Below are positions 27,682 to 38,421 of a stretch of DNA of 64,000 nucleotides, piece by piece (position 1 is the stretch's first letter; every line of letters begins with the position of its first letter). The position numbers were made by a program, and so were the translations under genes. The notes beneath the pieces were generated by a model that was not told the DNA's origin, did not search any database, and worked only from the letters and a program-made list of their open reading frames with translations. This DNA comes from an uncultured Acidobacteriota bacterium. Lineage in GTDB: Bacteria; Acidobacteriota; UBA6911. Location: positions 43,425-107,424 of the forward strand of contig CAWEJX010000005.1 of the NCBI GenBank assembly GCA_963809485.1. The letters are read 5' to 3'.

Positions 27682-30600
27682 TCATAGGGTCCGGTCCGAT
27701 CATCATTGGGCAAGCCTGCGAATTTGATTATTCCGGCACTCAAGCCTGCAAAGCCCTTCAGAGCGAAGGGTACGAAGTTGTCCTGGTGAATTCCAATCCC
27801 GCCACCATCATGACGGATCCCGACCTGGCGGACCGGACGTATATCGAGCCCCTTACCGCCGCGTCGATCGGCGCCATCATCGCCCGGGAGCGCCCCGACG
27901 CCCTGTTGCCCACCGTCGGAGGCCAGACCGGCCTGAATGTTTCCGTCGACTTGGCCAGGTCCGGCGTACTGGATTACTACGGCGTTGAAATGATCGGGGC
28001 GAAGCTCGGCGCCGTTGAGGTCGCTGAAGACCGGCAGCTGTTCAAAGACGCCATGACCGAAATCGGCCTGAATTCCGCCCGCTCCCGGGTTGTGAGGAGC
28101 CTGGCTGAGGCCAGGGCATGCCTTCCGGCCGTCGGGCTTCCCGCCATCATCCGGCCGAGTTTCACTCTGGGAGGTTTCGGGGGAGGGACCGCTTTCAACG
28201 CCGAGGAATTCGAGGCGATTGTCGCGCGGGGGCTGGACATATCTCCCGTACACGAAGTGCTGGTCGAGCAATCCCTCATCGGCTGGAAGGAATTCGAGCT
28301 GGAAGTGATGAGGGATCTTGCCGACAACGTGGTCATCATCTGCTCGATCGAAAACTTCGATCCCATGGGCGTTCACACCGGGGATTCCATCACGGTGGCG
28401 CCTGCGCAGACCCTCACCGACAAAGAGTATCAGCGCATGCGCGACGCCGCCATACGCATCATCCGCAAAGTGGGAGTGGAAACCGGCGGCTCCAACATAC
28501 AGTTCGCCGTCAATCCGTTGAACGGGGAACTGATCGTCATCGAGATGAATCCGCGCGTTTCCCGAAGCTCGGCGCTGGCCTCCAAGGCGACCGGCTTTCC
28601 CATCGCGAAAATTGCCGCCAAACTGGCTGTGGGCCTGACGCTGGACGAAATCCCCAACGACATCACCCGGAAGACTCCCGCCAGCTTCGAGCCCACGATC
28701 GATTATGTCGTCGTCAAAATTCCGAAGTGGAATTTTGAAAAGTTCAAGGATACCGATCCCACGCTGGGCACCCAGATGAAATCGGTCGGGGAAGTCATGG
28801 CGATCGGAAGAACCTTCAAGGAGGCTCTCTTGAAGGGAGTGCGCTCGCTGGAGAGGGGCAAAAGCCTGGCGACGGAAAAAATCCAGCCGGACAAGCTGGA
28901 CTACTTTCTGCTCACTCCCCTGCAGGAAAGGCTGGCGCACGTTCACTACGCGCTTGCGATCGGTCAGACGCCGGAAGAGATACACCGGCAGACAAAGATC
29001 GATCCGTGGTTTTTAAACCAGCTCCGGGAAATTGTCGACCTGGAGCAGCGGCTGCAGAAGGTCACGCTGGAAGAACTGCCTGCGGAGCTGTTGCGGGAAT
29101 GCAAGCGATCCGGCTTCTCGGATCAGAATATCTCGGAGTTCCTGAAGCCTTCCGGTGGCGGAACGGTCTCCACGGACCAGGTGATGCAGCGGCGCCGGAA
29201 AGAGGGAATCCACCCGGTATACAAGCGTGTCGACACCTGCGCCGCGGAATTCGAGTCGCACACGCCCTATCTGTATTCCACGTACGAAAGCGAATGCGAA
29301 GCCCGGCCGAGCGGCGCGAAAAAGATCATGGTGCTGGGGAGCGGCCCCAACCGGATCGGCCAGGGGATCGAGTTCGACTACTGCTGCTGCCACGCCTCGT
29401 TCGCCCTGAAAGAAGCCGGTTTTGAAACCATCATGGTGAACTGCAACCCGGAAACGGTTTCGACCGATTACGACACCTCCGACCGTCTTTATTTCGAGCC
29501 GCTGACCTTCGAAGACGTGATGGAGATCGTGGAGGTCGAGAAGCCCGACGGCGTGATCGTCCAGTTCGGGGGGCAGACGCCCCTGAACCTCGCGCTCAAA
29601 TTGCGCGCAGCCGGCGTTCCCGTGATCGGCACGTCGCCGGAGAATATCGACCTGGCCGAGGACCGCAAACGCTTCGGACAATTGCTGACCGATCTCGGGA
29701 TCCCCCAGCCGGTCAACGGCACGGCCATGAGTCTGGAAGACGCCCGCGCGGTCGCGGCCGAAATCGGCTACCCGGTCCTGGTCCGTCCTTCCTATGTGCT
29801 CGGCGGGCGGGCGATGTCGATTGTCTATGACCGGGCTTCGCTGGACGATTACATGACCACGGCCGTCGAGGCTTCGCCCGAGCGTCCTGTGCTGGTCGAC
29901 AAGTTTCTCGAAAACGCCGCCGAATACGACGTCGACGCCCTGTGCGACGGTGAGCACGTAATCATTGCCGGCGTTATGGAGCACATCGAGGAAGCGGGCA
30001 TACACAGCGGCGACAGCACCTGCATCCTGCCGCCCATCGCGATCGATCGCGGGCTGCTCGAGCGCATGAAAGGATACGCGAGGACGCTGGGCAACGCCCT
30101 GCACGTCGTCGGGCTGATGAACATCCAGTTCGCCGTCCAGCGCGACGTGGTCTACGTGCTGGAAGTGAATCCGCGGGCTTCGCGCACCGTGCCGTACGTC
30201 AGCAAGGCCACGGGCGTTCCGCTGGCCAAGATTGCGGCGCGCGTCATGACGGGCGAAAAGCTTGCCGCCCTGGGCTTGAGAGAGGACCTGCGGGTGCGGC
30301 ACTGCTTCGTCAAGTCTCCGGTTTTCCCGTTCAACAAGTTCCCCGGCGTCGACACCATTCTCGGCCCGGAGATGAAATCCACAGGCGAAGTGATGGGCGT
30401 GGCGGAAAGCTTCGGGATCGCTTTCGCGAAAGCGCAGATGGCTGCTGGCGTCCGTCTGCCCCGGGACGGGACGGTGTTTGTCAGTGTCAACGACAGGGAC
30501 AAGGAAGGAGTGCTTCCGATTGCGCGGGACCTGAAGGCTCTCGGCTTTCACATTCTGGCCACAAGCGGGACTCAGCAGTTTCTGGAGCGCAACGGTGTCG

Positions 30601-30890
30601 CGTCGGAGCGCATCTTCAAAGCCGGGGAGGGCAGGCCCAACGTCATCGACCGGATCAAAAGCAGGAAAATCGATTTGATCATCAATACGCCCTGGGGAGG
30701 GCAGTCGCGCAACGAGGGGAAGGCGATCCGGCGCGCAGCCACTCAATTCGGCGTCGCCTGCATCACGACACTTTCCGGCGCCGCGGCGGCGGCCAACGCC
30801 ATACGCACGATGCGCCGCGAAAAGCTCATGGCCCGCAGCCTCCAGGAATACCACGCACTCAGTACGGAGCAAAGGCCAGAAATATCATAA
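27648..30890 (+). CDS. carB: Carbamoyl-phosphate synthase large subunit
   Basis: [28 protein letters not shown]; duplicated ATP-grasp domains; MGS domain. Confidence 0.97.
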   Translation: MPKRTDLEKILIIGSGPIIIGQACEFDYSGTQACKALQSEGYEVVLVNSNPATIMTDPDLADRTYIEPLTAASIGAIIARERPDALLPTVGGQTGLNVSVDLARSGVLDYYGVEMIGAKLGAVEVAEDRQLFKDAMTEIGLNSARSRVVRSLAEARACLPAVGLPAIIRPSFTLGGFGGGTAFNAEEFEAIVARGLDISPVHEVLVEQSLIGWKEFELEVMRDLADNVVIICSIENFDPMGVHTGDSITVAPAQTLTDKEYQRMRDAAIRIIRKVGVETGGSNIQFAVNPLNGELIVIEMNPRVSRSSALASKATGFPIAKIAAKLAVGLTLDEIPNDITRKTPASFEPTIDYVVVKIPKWNFEKFKDTDPTLGTQMKSVGEVMAIGRTFKEALLKGVRSLERGKSLATEKIQPDKLDYFLLTPLQERLAHVHYALAIGQTPEEIHRQTKIDPWFLNQLREIVDLEQRLQKVTLEELPAELLRECKRSGFSDQNISEFLKPSGGGTVSTDQVMQRRRKEGIHPVYKRVDTCAAEFESHTPYLYSTYESECEARPSGAKKIMVLGSGPNRIGQGIEFDYCCCHASFALKEAGFETIMVNCNPETVSTDYDTSDRLYFEPLTFEDVMEIVEVEKPDGVIVQFGGQTPLNLALKLRAAGVPVIGTSPENIDLAEDRKRFGQLLTDLGIPQPVNGTAMSLEDARAVAAEIGYPVLVRPSYVLGGRAMSIVYDRASLDDYMTTAVEASPERPVLVDKFLENAAEYDVDALCDGEHVIIAGVMEHIEEAGIHSGDSTCILPPIAIDRGLLERMKGYARTLGNALHVVGLMNIQFAVQRDVVYVLEVNPRASRTVPYVSKATGVPLAKIAARVMTGEKLAALGLREDLRVRHCFVKSPVFPFNKFPGVDTILGPEMKSTGEVMGVAESFGIAFAKAQMAAGVRLPRDGTVFVSVNDRDKEGVLPIARDLKALGFHILATSGTQQFLERNGVASERIFKAGEGRPNVIDRIKSRKIDLIINTPWGGQSRNEGKAIRRAATQFGVACITTLSGAAAAANAIRTMRREKLMARSLQEYHALSTEQRPEIS

Positions 30891-31036
30891 ATCAGGAAAA
30901 AGGCGAATTTCGAATATGGAATGTCGAACCGCAGAAGTCAGTCGAAATTCATAATTCTGCATTCGGCAGTCAGCTGTTCATAAAGCTGCAAAGATATTTG
31001 TGGCGCAGGAAAGCGCACAAATCAGTCTTATATTAC

Positions 31037-31346
31037 TAATTAGTTTCTGTCGCGAAACTCGGGTTTTGTGAAAAAGCCAAATTTTTCAACCGTCAATAGG
31101 ATATTTGATATTACATAGAAGCCGATAATTGGAGTCAGGCCGCGTAGCGGCCAGCTGAATTTAGCCAGGCCTTTTAAGGCCTGGATCGAAAGGAGTTAAG
31201 TTTTCCGTCGCGTAGCGACGGCTGAATCTCAGGCGTCGCTACGCGACGCGCTGCTCGCTGTACCATGGTTCCCGGCCTTGAAAGGCCGGGCTAAAATCAT
31301 AGTGCCGCTACGCGGCACAAACCAGTTTCGCGACAGGAACTAATTA
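31037..31346. mobile_element. Family B MITE, copy 2 (interior inverted relative to copy 1)
   Basis: Interior is the reverse complement of 2991-3254 with one visible mismatch; outer ends read as in copy 1. Confidence 0.88.
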
Positions 31347-31493
31347 AATTGGCAAAACACCCGGCACTGCCGGGGGACTCATAGAGTTGGACAGCTGGGT
31401 ATTTTATAACGCTGAGATACGCTGATAAAAGCGCTGACAAACGCCGATTTTGTCGGCGAGGGTTGGCGAGCAAAAGCCGATGAGGCGCTTCCG
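31341..31493 (+). mobile_element. Family A left half
   Basis: Left hairpin, family C array, ends at GCAAAAGCCGATGAGGCGCTTCCG. Confidence 0.75.
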
Positions 31494-31592
31494 GTGGTAT
31501 TTTCAGGGCATTTCAGGGACCGACATTTGAAATGAGGTTTAAGATTGACGCAGATCTTTTATCTTTTATCGGTTGCCGGCTGCGGGGATTAT

Positions 31593-32552
31593 TCAGGCTA
31601 GCCCAAAATACCTCGGGCGCTCCCGGATGTCCTTTTCGAACTTGTCTATTATGGCCTCAGGTGTGTCGCAAAGCGGTTCCCATCCCCATTCTTTTCGGGC
31701 GCAGCTGTCATCAAATTTCCTACATACGGTAATGCCGGCCGGGCTTCCCGGAGGTCCGTAGGTGATCCTTGTGTCAGGGTAGCGTTTTTTGAGGGCGGCC
31801 TGAAGCTCATTGAGCGGAAGCGCTTCGGGAATGCCCGAAACGCAATAATTCACCATCTTGATTTCGCTTTTGGGAGCCAGCAGTACCATGTCCGCGGCCC
31901 TGGCGGCGTCGGTCATATATATAAGGGGCGCGCCGGGGTCGCCCGGCGATGCATAGACGCACTCGTGAGGCTTTCCCATGATCGCGTCCTGAATCATCCC
32001 CGGAACCCAGTGCCCGGGCGTGCGGACGTTGGGCCCGCAAGTCGAGGGGTAGCGGACCGAGCGGAAGTCGATGCCGAACTTCTTCATGTACCATCGGCCC
32101 AATCCTTCGCAGTAGAGTTTGCCGCAGCCATAAAGATTCGTCGGGCGCTGGATCGTGAGATCATCAACCACATCGGTAATTCCCAGCCCGTAGGTTCCCA
32201 GTGAACTGGTGAACATCACCTTTTCCACGTCGAAGAGTCTGGCCGCCTCCAGAACATTGTAGGTGCCGATAATGTTGACCTGAAAGGAAGCCCACGGATT
32301 GCTTTCGGACGCGAGAGTGAGCAGAGCCCCCATATGGTAGATTTCCGTGATCCTGTTAGCCTTGACCACATTGGCTACCTCGGACCAGTTGCTCACATCC
32401 CCACGCACGACCTTCACCTGGTTTCTGATGTCTTCGATGCGGTATTCGGCAATCGCCACGTCGAACAGAACTACCTCTTCACCGCGCCTGGCGAGGATAT
32501 GAGCCAGTTCGGCGCCGATATATCCCGTTCCTCCGGTGATGAGCTTCGCCAT
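31593..32552 (-). CDS. Extended SDR, NAD-dependent epimerase/dehydratase family (threonine 3-dehydrogenase-like)
   Basis: TGGTGYIG, YGCGK (YxxxK), DFRSVRYP. Confidence 0.88.
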   Translation of the reverse strand: MAKLITGGTGYIGAELAHILARRGEEVVLFDVAIAEYRIEDIRNQVKVVRGDVSNWSEVANVVKANRITEIYHMGALLTLASESNPWASFQVNIIGTYNVLEAARLFDVEKVMFTSSLGTYGLGITDVVDDLTIQRPTNLYGCGKLYCEGLGRWYMKKFGIDFRSVRYPSTCGPNVRTPGHWVPGMIQDAIMGKPHECVYASPGDPGAPLIYMTDAARAADMVLLAPKSEIKMVNYCVSGIPEALPLNELQAALKKRYPDTRITYGPPGSPAGITVCRKFDDSCARKEWGWEPLCDTPEAIIDKFEKDIRERPRYFGLA

Positions 32553-32588
32553 TTCGGCACTCCTTCCGCTTTCTGCTGGTGACCTGGA

Positions 32589-33053
32589 TCAGGGCACAAA
32601 ACCTCGCTTGTACAGCAATATCACAAGATCGGATTCGAGGATCGTCTGGCTGTCCTGATTCAGCACTGTGATACGGGTTGAAAGGACTCCACGATCGGGT
32701 TTGCTCGTCTCCTTCTTTCCCGTGATCCTCTGGATCGCCCTTATGGTGTCTCCGAACTTCACGGCTTTCCGGAAACGGACGGTCACCTCAAGGATGGCAA
32801 TGGAAGTGCCCTCGAAAGCGCCTGTCTGGTTCAGGAGCCCCGTGGCCATAGACAACACCAAAAGCCCATGGGCGATCCTCGCTCCAATGGGACCCTTCCT
32901 GGCGTATTCTTCATTCATGTGCTCAGGCTGAAAATCCCCTGAAAGATGAGCGAAGTTGACTACATCCTCTTCCGTGACCGTCCTGGTTCCGCTGATGATA
33001 TCTTCATCGACGGCAAATTCTTCAAAAGTCCTGCCACGCAGCCTCTCAGGCAT
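32589..33053 (-). CDS. MaoC-like hotdog dehydratase
   Basis: RTVTEEDVVNFAHLSGDFQPEH, RIAHG, VKFGDTI. Confidence 0.9.
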   Translation of the reverse strand: MPERLRGRTFEEFAVDEDIISGTRTVTEEDVVNFAHLSGDFQPEHMNEEYARKGPIGARIAHGLLVLSMATGLLNQTGAFEGTSIAILEVTVRFRKAVKFGDTIRAIQRITGKKETSKPDRGVLSTRITVLNQDSQTILESDLVILLYKRGFVP

Positions 33054-33120
33054 TCGCGCTTTCCTCCATACCAGTGATTCATCCGGGTTGCCGCAAGGGC
33101 CCGTCCGCGACGGCTCTTCG

Positions 33121-34332
33121 TCAATTGATCGCCCCTTCGTCCTTAAGGCGGATTATGTCGTCCCAAGTGTAACCCGCCTCCAGCAGAATTTCTTCCGAGT
33201 GCTGACCGGCTTCAGGCGCGGGTCCTTTCACACTTGCTTCCGTCTCGCTGAACTTGACCGGGCTTGCCACCAGCCTGATTTCGCCTGCGCCGGGATGGTC
33301 GAGTTTTACGAAGAAGTTATTCGCGGCCGCCTGAGGATCTTTAAGGATTTCCGAGATAGTCTGCGCCCTGGAACTGACCAGGCCATGCCTGTCAAGGATC
33401 TCGATCCACTCGGTGAGGCTTTTGCCGGCGAAGACTTCACTGATGATGGATATCAGGAACTCGTTGTTCTTTTGTCTTTGATCATCGGTGTCGAATCTGC
33501 TGTCATTCTGCAATTCCGGGCGTCCTATAGCTTTGCAGAACTCGGGCCAGTAGCGTTCGGACTGCATCATAGCCAGTTGCATCCAGCGCCCGTCGCTCGT
33601 CTGGTAGCTGTTCCAGATCGGGTTTTTCACTTTCAGCCGGTCGATGTTGGGAATTTCCTCTTTCTTGTATAGAGCAACCTGAATGTCCTGATTCAGGGCC
33701 CACACGGCAGTCTGATAAAGCGAGAACGCCACCTTCTGTCCTTTGCCGGTTCTTTCTCTGGACAGGAGCGCCGCCAGGATGCCCGAGGTGATGCACATCG
33801 AAGTAATGCTGTCGCCGATGCCGGGGCGGTGGCTGGGGGGCACGCCATCCGGGGCGCCGAGTTTCGCCATAAGGCCTCCCCGGGACCAGAAGGCGGTGTA
33901 ATCGTAGCCCGGCTTGTCGCTATCGGCTCCTGCCTCGCCATAACCGGTCAGGCTGGCATAGACCAGCTTCGGATTCCGTTTAATCAGAGTCTCGTAATCC
34001 ATGCCCAACCTGTCCAAAACGCGGGATTGGAAATTGGATACGAAAACATCACAGTTCTCCACCAGGCGGTAGACAATTTGCCGCCCCTGGTCAATGCGCA
34101 GGTTCACGCAAAGCCCCCGTTTCCCGCGGTTCAGCACCTCAAAAACGGGCACAATCGGACCTTGCATGGGAATCCCCTCGATGGACTTGATTCCACGCAA
34201 GGAATCGCCAACCCCGGGATCTTCGATCTTGATTACTTCGGCACCCCAATCCGACAGAATCGCGCAAGCGCAAGGGACAGCTACCCAATGACCCAACTCG
34301 ACAATTTTGATACCCTGAAGAGCGCCGGACAT
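33121..34332 (-). CDS. Family III CoA-transferase (CaiB/BaiF)
   Basis: ALQGIKIVELG, DWGAEVIKIE, LNRGKR, PGYD. Confidence 0.93.
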   Translation of the reverse strand: MSGALQGIKIVELGHWVAVPCACAILSDWGAEVIKIEDPGVGDSLRGIKSIEGIPMQGPIVPVFEVLNRGKRGLCVNLRIDQGRQIVYRLVENCDVFVSNFQSRVLDRLGMDYETLIKRNPKLVYASLTGYGEAGADSDKPGYDYTAFWSRGGLMAKLGAPDGVPPSHRPGIGDSITSMCITSGILAALLSRERTGKGQKVAFSLYQTAVWALNQDIQVALYKKEEIPNIDRLKVKNPIWNSYQTSDGRWMQLAMMQSERYWPEFCKAIGRPELQNDSRFDTDDQRQKNNEFLISIISEVFAGKSLTEWIEILDRHGLVSSRAQTISEILKDPQAAANNFFVKLDHPGAGEIRLVASPVKFSETEASVKGPAPEAGQHSEEILLEAGYTWDDIIRLKDEGAIN

Positions 34333-34404
34333 TTTCTTCCTCCCATATTGTATAAAGCTGAATTTGCCGTTGATTGTCTGCCTTTCGGGGAACCAAAGTC
34401 AAAA

Positions 34405-34532
34405 GCTTTAGAGTTTAGAGTTCAGAGTTCCCAGTTTCCAGTTCCCAGTTGGGATTTGCCGGTTTCCGGTTATAGCTTATTGGAAAACTGGAAACTGGGA
34501 ACTCTGAACTGGGAACTCTAAACTCCAAACTG
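34405..34532. repeat. Inverted pair of (G/C)AGTT heptamer arrays (family E)
   Basis: gagttta gagttca gagttcc cagtttc cagttcc ... aactgga aactggg aactctg aactggg aactcta; related array at 56003-56052. Confidence 0.85.
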
Positions 34533-34583
34533 GGGCCGCAGGCGGAAGGGCATTTTGTGATATATTCGGGCGGAGGCTCATCT

Positions 34584-35930
34584 ATGACTCCAATCCACAC
34601 GAATGGCAGGACGACGGTAGAAAAGGCGGCGCGGGCCGGCGCGACCGCATGGTATGCCGTCATCGTCTTGATGCTCTGCTACGCGCTTTCCTATGTCGAC
34701 AGGCAGATCCTGGGCCTGTTGGTGCCGCAGATCAAAGCCGACCTTGGAATCAGCGACACCCTGATGGGTTTGCTGCAGGGATTTTCTTTCGCGCTTTTCT
34801 ATGCCTTTATGGGCCTGCCGCTGGGAAGGATTGCGGATTTTACCAACCGGCGCAATCTCATTTCCATTTGCATCGCATTCTGGAGCTTGTTCACCGCCGC
34901 ATGCGCCGGCGCCAGAAGCTACGCGACCCTCTTCCTGGCGCGCATGGGTGTGGGAATCGGCGAGGCGGCTCTCAATCCCTCCTCATACTCCATCCTCTCC
35001 GACTATTTTTCCAAAGAACGCCTCGGGTTGGCTTTGAGCGTGTATTATTTTGGCCAACTGCTCGGGTCCTCGCTGGCCTTGATCGTGGGCGGAACCGTCG
35101 TTCAGATTGTCGCCGGGAAACCCGACGTCACCCTGCCGGTGCTCGGAAGCATCGCCTCCTGGCGGCTCACCTTCCTGATCCTGGGTTTGCCGGGGCTCCT
35201 GTTTCCGTTTCTGCTTATGACAATCAAGGAGCCGGCGCGTAAAGATGTGCTGCGCACAGCCTCGGGAAGCGAAAAGCTGAGCTTGCGCGAGACGCTGGCT
35301 GAAGTGATGAAACGCTGGCAGTCGGTGGCGGGAATCTCGGTAGGTTTCATCTTCCACGGGGCCTGCAACTATGCCTTCAGCGCCTGGGTCCCGACCTACT
35401 TTCTACGCGCTCACGGCTGGAGTATAGGGGAAACCGGACGGGCCCTGGGATTCCTCGTCATTACATTCGGCTGTGCGGGATTGTACCTGGGAGGCTATTT
35501 GAGCGAGCGCTGGCAGCGGCGGGGGTATGTGGATGCTCCCCTCCGGGTGGCGATTCCATGCGCGATAGGCATCATCCTGTTCTTCGTTCCGGCGATGCTG
35601 ATGCCGACGGCCGCCTGGTCGCTGGCGCTGATCGGCCCGGCAATCTTCTGCCTGGTGCTGCCGATGGGGACTGTGGGTGCAGCCCTGACGGTCATATTCC
35701 CCAATCAGGTGCGCGCCCAGGTGAGCGCGCTTTACCTGTTCATTCTGAACCTGGGCGGCTTGACCCTGGGGCCGCTTCTCCCGGGAGTGTTCACCGATTA
35801 CGTGTTCAGAGATCCGAACATGCTGGGTCCATCGATTGCGATTACCATGGCGCTTAGCGGCGCAAGCATGCTGGCCATCTATCTGGCGACCCTGCGGCCT
35901 TACCGGGCTCATTACCGGATGATGCAGTAA
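34584..35930 (+). CDS. MFS transporter (spinster-like)
   Basis: SYVDRQIL, LGRIADFTNRR, ARMGVGIGEA, about 12 hydrophobic segments. Confidence 0.93.
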   Translation: MTPIHTNGRTTVEKAARAGATAWYAVIVLMLCYALSYVDRQILGLLVPQIKADLGISDTLMGLLQGFSFALFYAFMGLPLGRIADFTNRRNLISICIAFWSLFTAACAGARSYATLFLARMGVGIGEAALNPSSYSILSDYFSKERLGLALSVYYFGQLLGSSLALIVGGTVVQIVAGKPDVTLPVLGSIASWRLTFLILGLPGLLFPFLLMTIKEPARKDVLRTASGSEKLSLRETLAEVMKRWQSVAGISVGFIFHGACNYAFSAWVPTYFLRAHGWSIGETGRALGFLVITFGCAGLYLGGYLSERWQRRGYVDAPLRVAIPCAIGIILFFVPAMLMPTAAWSLALIGPAIFCLVLPMGTVGAALTVIFPNQVRAQVSALYLFILNLGGLTLGPLLPGVFTDYVFRDPNMLGPSIAITMALSGASMLAIYLATLRPYRAHYRMMQ

Positions 35931-36219
35931 TTGCATTGGTAATCCCCAGGTTTTGCCGGGGGATTCAAGGAGTTTGACAGCTGTGCATTTTGAAACGCTG
36001 AGAAACGCTGACAAAAGCGCTGACAAACGCCGATTTGTTCGACGACGGTCGGCGAGCAAAAGCCGATGAGGCGCTTCCGATGGGGTTTTCTGCGGGGATC
36101 GGAAGCGCCTCATCGGCTTTTGCCCGCGTAAGTCAGCGTTCAGGACCGGCGGAACTCCTCCAACCGCTTTGAGCGGTTCAAATCTTTCAAGCTTCCGGCT
36201 TTGCCGGAGGTCCCTGACT
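35928..36219 (+). mobile_element. Family A element lacking the innermost IR layer
   Basis: Junction TTTTCTGCGG|GGATCGG at a CTGCGG microhomology; left end TAATTG contains the MFS stop. Confidence 0.82.
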
Positions 36220-36351
36220 CCGATCCGCTCGATTTGATTCGGCGTAGATTCACCGGCGGCATATGCGCCTCGGGTATGGTGGAAGGTGGAACGTTTCACG
36301 TTGAAACGTTCAACGTTCAAACGTTCGCATTGCACCAGGCAAAATCTTCGG

Positions 36352-36795
36352 TCATTTTTTGGATTTGATCGGCGTTACAGGGCTTTCTTTCGCGGACTTT
36401 TGTTTGCCGGGCATCTCCAGGAGGGGGAAAAGGTCGAAAGCCTGGTCGTGGTCGATGAGGTGGGCGCCTTCGGTGTGCAGGCGTACGAAGTGCGTGCAGT
36501 ATTTCCGGCTTTCTTCGCCCATGCAGTGGTCCACGCAGAAAAGGTCCGTATCGGTGCAGTTGACGCACTCTCCCAGCGACACGCAAACCTTGGGTACGGC
36601 TATCTTGCAGGTGTTGCAGATTGTGAAGAGGTCCCGGCTGGCCATATAGTGCCGGCATTCTTCGAGGGCTTGATGGTTCTCGACAAATCCGAAAATCCGG
36701 CATCCCATGAAAATGTGCGGATGCGCCCCGTGATCGGCTTCAATCTGTTCGAGGCTTTCGTCCAGCCAATGAATGCAGTTCTTGCAGTGAATCAT
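36352..36795 (-). CDS. Cys/His-rich hypothetical protein
   Basis: 12 Cys in the first 100 aa (CKNC, CNTC, CVNC, CVDHC); 35 bp downstream of TPR gene. Confidence 0.75.
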   Translation of the reverse strand: MIHCKNCIHWLDESLEQIEADHGAHPHIFMGCRIFGFVENHQALEECRHYMASRDLFTICNTCKIAVPKVCVSLGECVNCTDTDLFCVDHCMGEESRKYCTHFVRLHTEGAHLIDHDQAFDLFPLLEMPGKQKSAKESPVTPIKSKK

Positions 36796-36830
36796 AGGAT
36801 TATTCGGGGCGGAAGCGACGCTGGTGTCGA

Positions 36831-37646
36831 TTACGGTGTATCCGCCGTATTCGCCACGCTGATTCCGACCAGTTCCGCAAATTCCCTGCGGCCTTGCAGG
36901 CTGGCGAAATCGGCGTCGTTTTTGGCGTAGATCCGGCTATCTTCATTTAAATCAATGGCTTTCCGCAGGTTCTCGATTGATTCCGCCCAATCGCCCTTCA
37001 TGGCCATGGAGGCTGCCATCGAGTAATAAATATAATCGGCATCCCTGTGGTTTTCCAGCGATTGCCGGAAATAGGCGATGGCCTGGTCGTAATTGGCCTT
37101 GTTGTGTTCCAGCACGCCCAGGGTGTAGAGCTGATCCTTGGTGATCTGCACCTTTTTCTGGGCGGCATCCTCACGATCGCAGATCTGAAGATAACTGCGG
37201 GCACGCACCAGGATTTCGGTTTCCGAGGGATAGGCGTCAAGCAGCGAATTCAGTTCGTGGCGCGCCTTTTTGAAATCCTTCCGGAAGATATGCTCAATCC
37301 CTTTTTCCATCAGCGCCAGAGCGGCTGCTGTGGTTTTGGTTTGACGCAGCAGGCGTGGCGGAGGTTCGGGAACCGCAGCAACACTGGCCTTCGGCGCAGC
37401 TTTCCTGGCTTCGGCTTCCACGGCCGGTTTTTCCTTATGAGCCCGGTGGCGGGCAGCAGGCAGCGCCTTTTTCCCGGTCCTGGCAACGGGCATGTGAACG
37501 GTTTTGCCGGAAGATGCTTTGCCTTTCAAACCCGGTTTTTTGTCGGAGGAGCCCGAAGCCGATTTGGATGAAGCTTTCTTCACCGGATGGCTAACCCCGT
37601 GAGATTTTTCTCCCCTGTTCTTGTTCCGCGCCAACGCCCTCGCCAT
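36831..37646 (-). CDS. TPR-repeat protein with Lys/Ala-rich N-terminal extension
   Basis: YTLGVLEHNKANYDQAIAYFRQSLE, YYSMAA...IENLRKAIDLN...AKNDADF. Confidence 0.85.
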   Translation of the reverse strand: MARALARNKNRGEKSHGVSHPVKKASSKSASGSSDKKPGLKGKASSGKTVHMPVARTGKKALPAARHRAHKEKPAVEAEARKAAPKASVAAVPEPPPRLLRQTKTTAAALALMEKGIEHIFRKDFKKARHELNSLLDAYPSETEILVRARSYLQICDREDAAQKKVQITKDQLYTLGVLEHNKANYDQAIAYFRQSLENHRDADYIYYSMAASMAMKGDWAESIENLRKAIDLNEDSRIYAKNDADFASLQGRREFAELVGISVANTADTP

Positions 37647-37903
37647 CAATTACCCATAAGTCAATAAAGGTGAACAACTTGTGCCGCATTCAATCTTTAT
37701 CACAAAAATTTGACGTTATTATTAGGAGAATCCAGACGATAAGTCAAGTGCAAGATCTGGTTGAGACCCATAATCGGTATGTCACGCTCCGTAAAAAGGT
37801 TCCCATGAGCCCTCGGCACTCGAGAATACGGAAAACGCGAATGATCCGAGGGACGGGTCCCTATAAATTTCAATCTGTTAACCGTTTGACCCATTGTTGA
37901 TAC

Positions 37904-38395
37904 GTGAGCTCGAATAACTTTAATTTACGTGAACAGGATTACCAAAGGATCGGGGCGATTCTGGGCAGGATGCACAGAGAGCTTCGGGCGGAACTGGTTC
38001 TGCTGATCAGCCGCAGCGGCCAGACCGTTGCCATGTCCGGATCTGCGGGAAGCATCGACTGCACGTCGCTGGCATCTCTGGCAGCGGCGAACCTCGCGGC
38101 AACCGATGGTCTGGCCAACATCGTCGGTGAGAGGGAATTTTCCGTCCTGCTTCACCAGGGACGCCAGCGCAGCCTATTCATATCCGATCTGCTCAAAAAG
38201 TTCTCACTGGTACTGGTGTTTGATGCGACCGCATCGCTGGGTCTGGTGCGCTACAAGTGCAAGCGTACGGCAACACTGCTCGAAGACGTGATCCGGAGCT
38301 TTCAGCAGAGAATGGAAAAAGCGGGGTCGATGCCGGATTATCCCGATTTCAGCGATGATGAGCTGGAGGAGCTGTTGGGGAGAATCGATCCTTAA
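37904..38395 (+). CDS. mglB: Roadblock/LC7 protein MglB
   Basis: TSLASLAAANLAATDGLANIVGEREFSVLLHQG, SLGLVR; directly upstream of mglA. Confidence 0.9.
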   Translation: MSSNNFNLREQDYQRIGAILGRMHRELRAELVLLISRSGQTVAMSGSAGSIDCTSLASLAAANLAATDGLANIVGEREFSVLLHQGRQRSLFISDLLKKFSLVLVFDATASLGLVRYKCKRTATLLEDVIRSFQQRMEKAGSMPDYPDFSDDELEELLGRIDP

Positions 38396-38421
38396 TCCTT
38401 TATTAAATCAAGGAATTAGCA

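Noticed and set aside
29013-30872. Long antisense ORFs (also 6558-8060, 9875-11083, 13857-15059, 27597-28985, 53444-54583)
   Set aside because: Shadow frames opposite well-conserved genes in GC-rich DNA.
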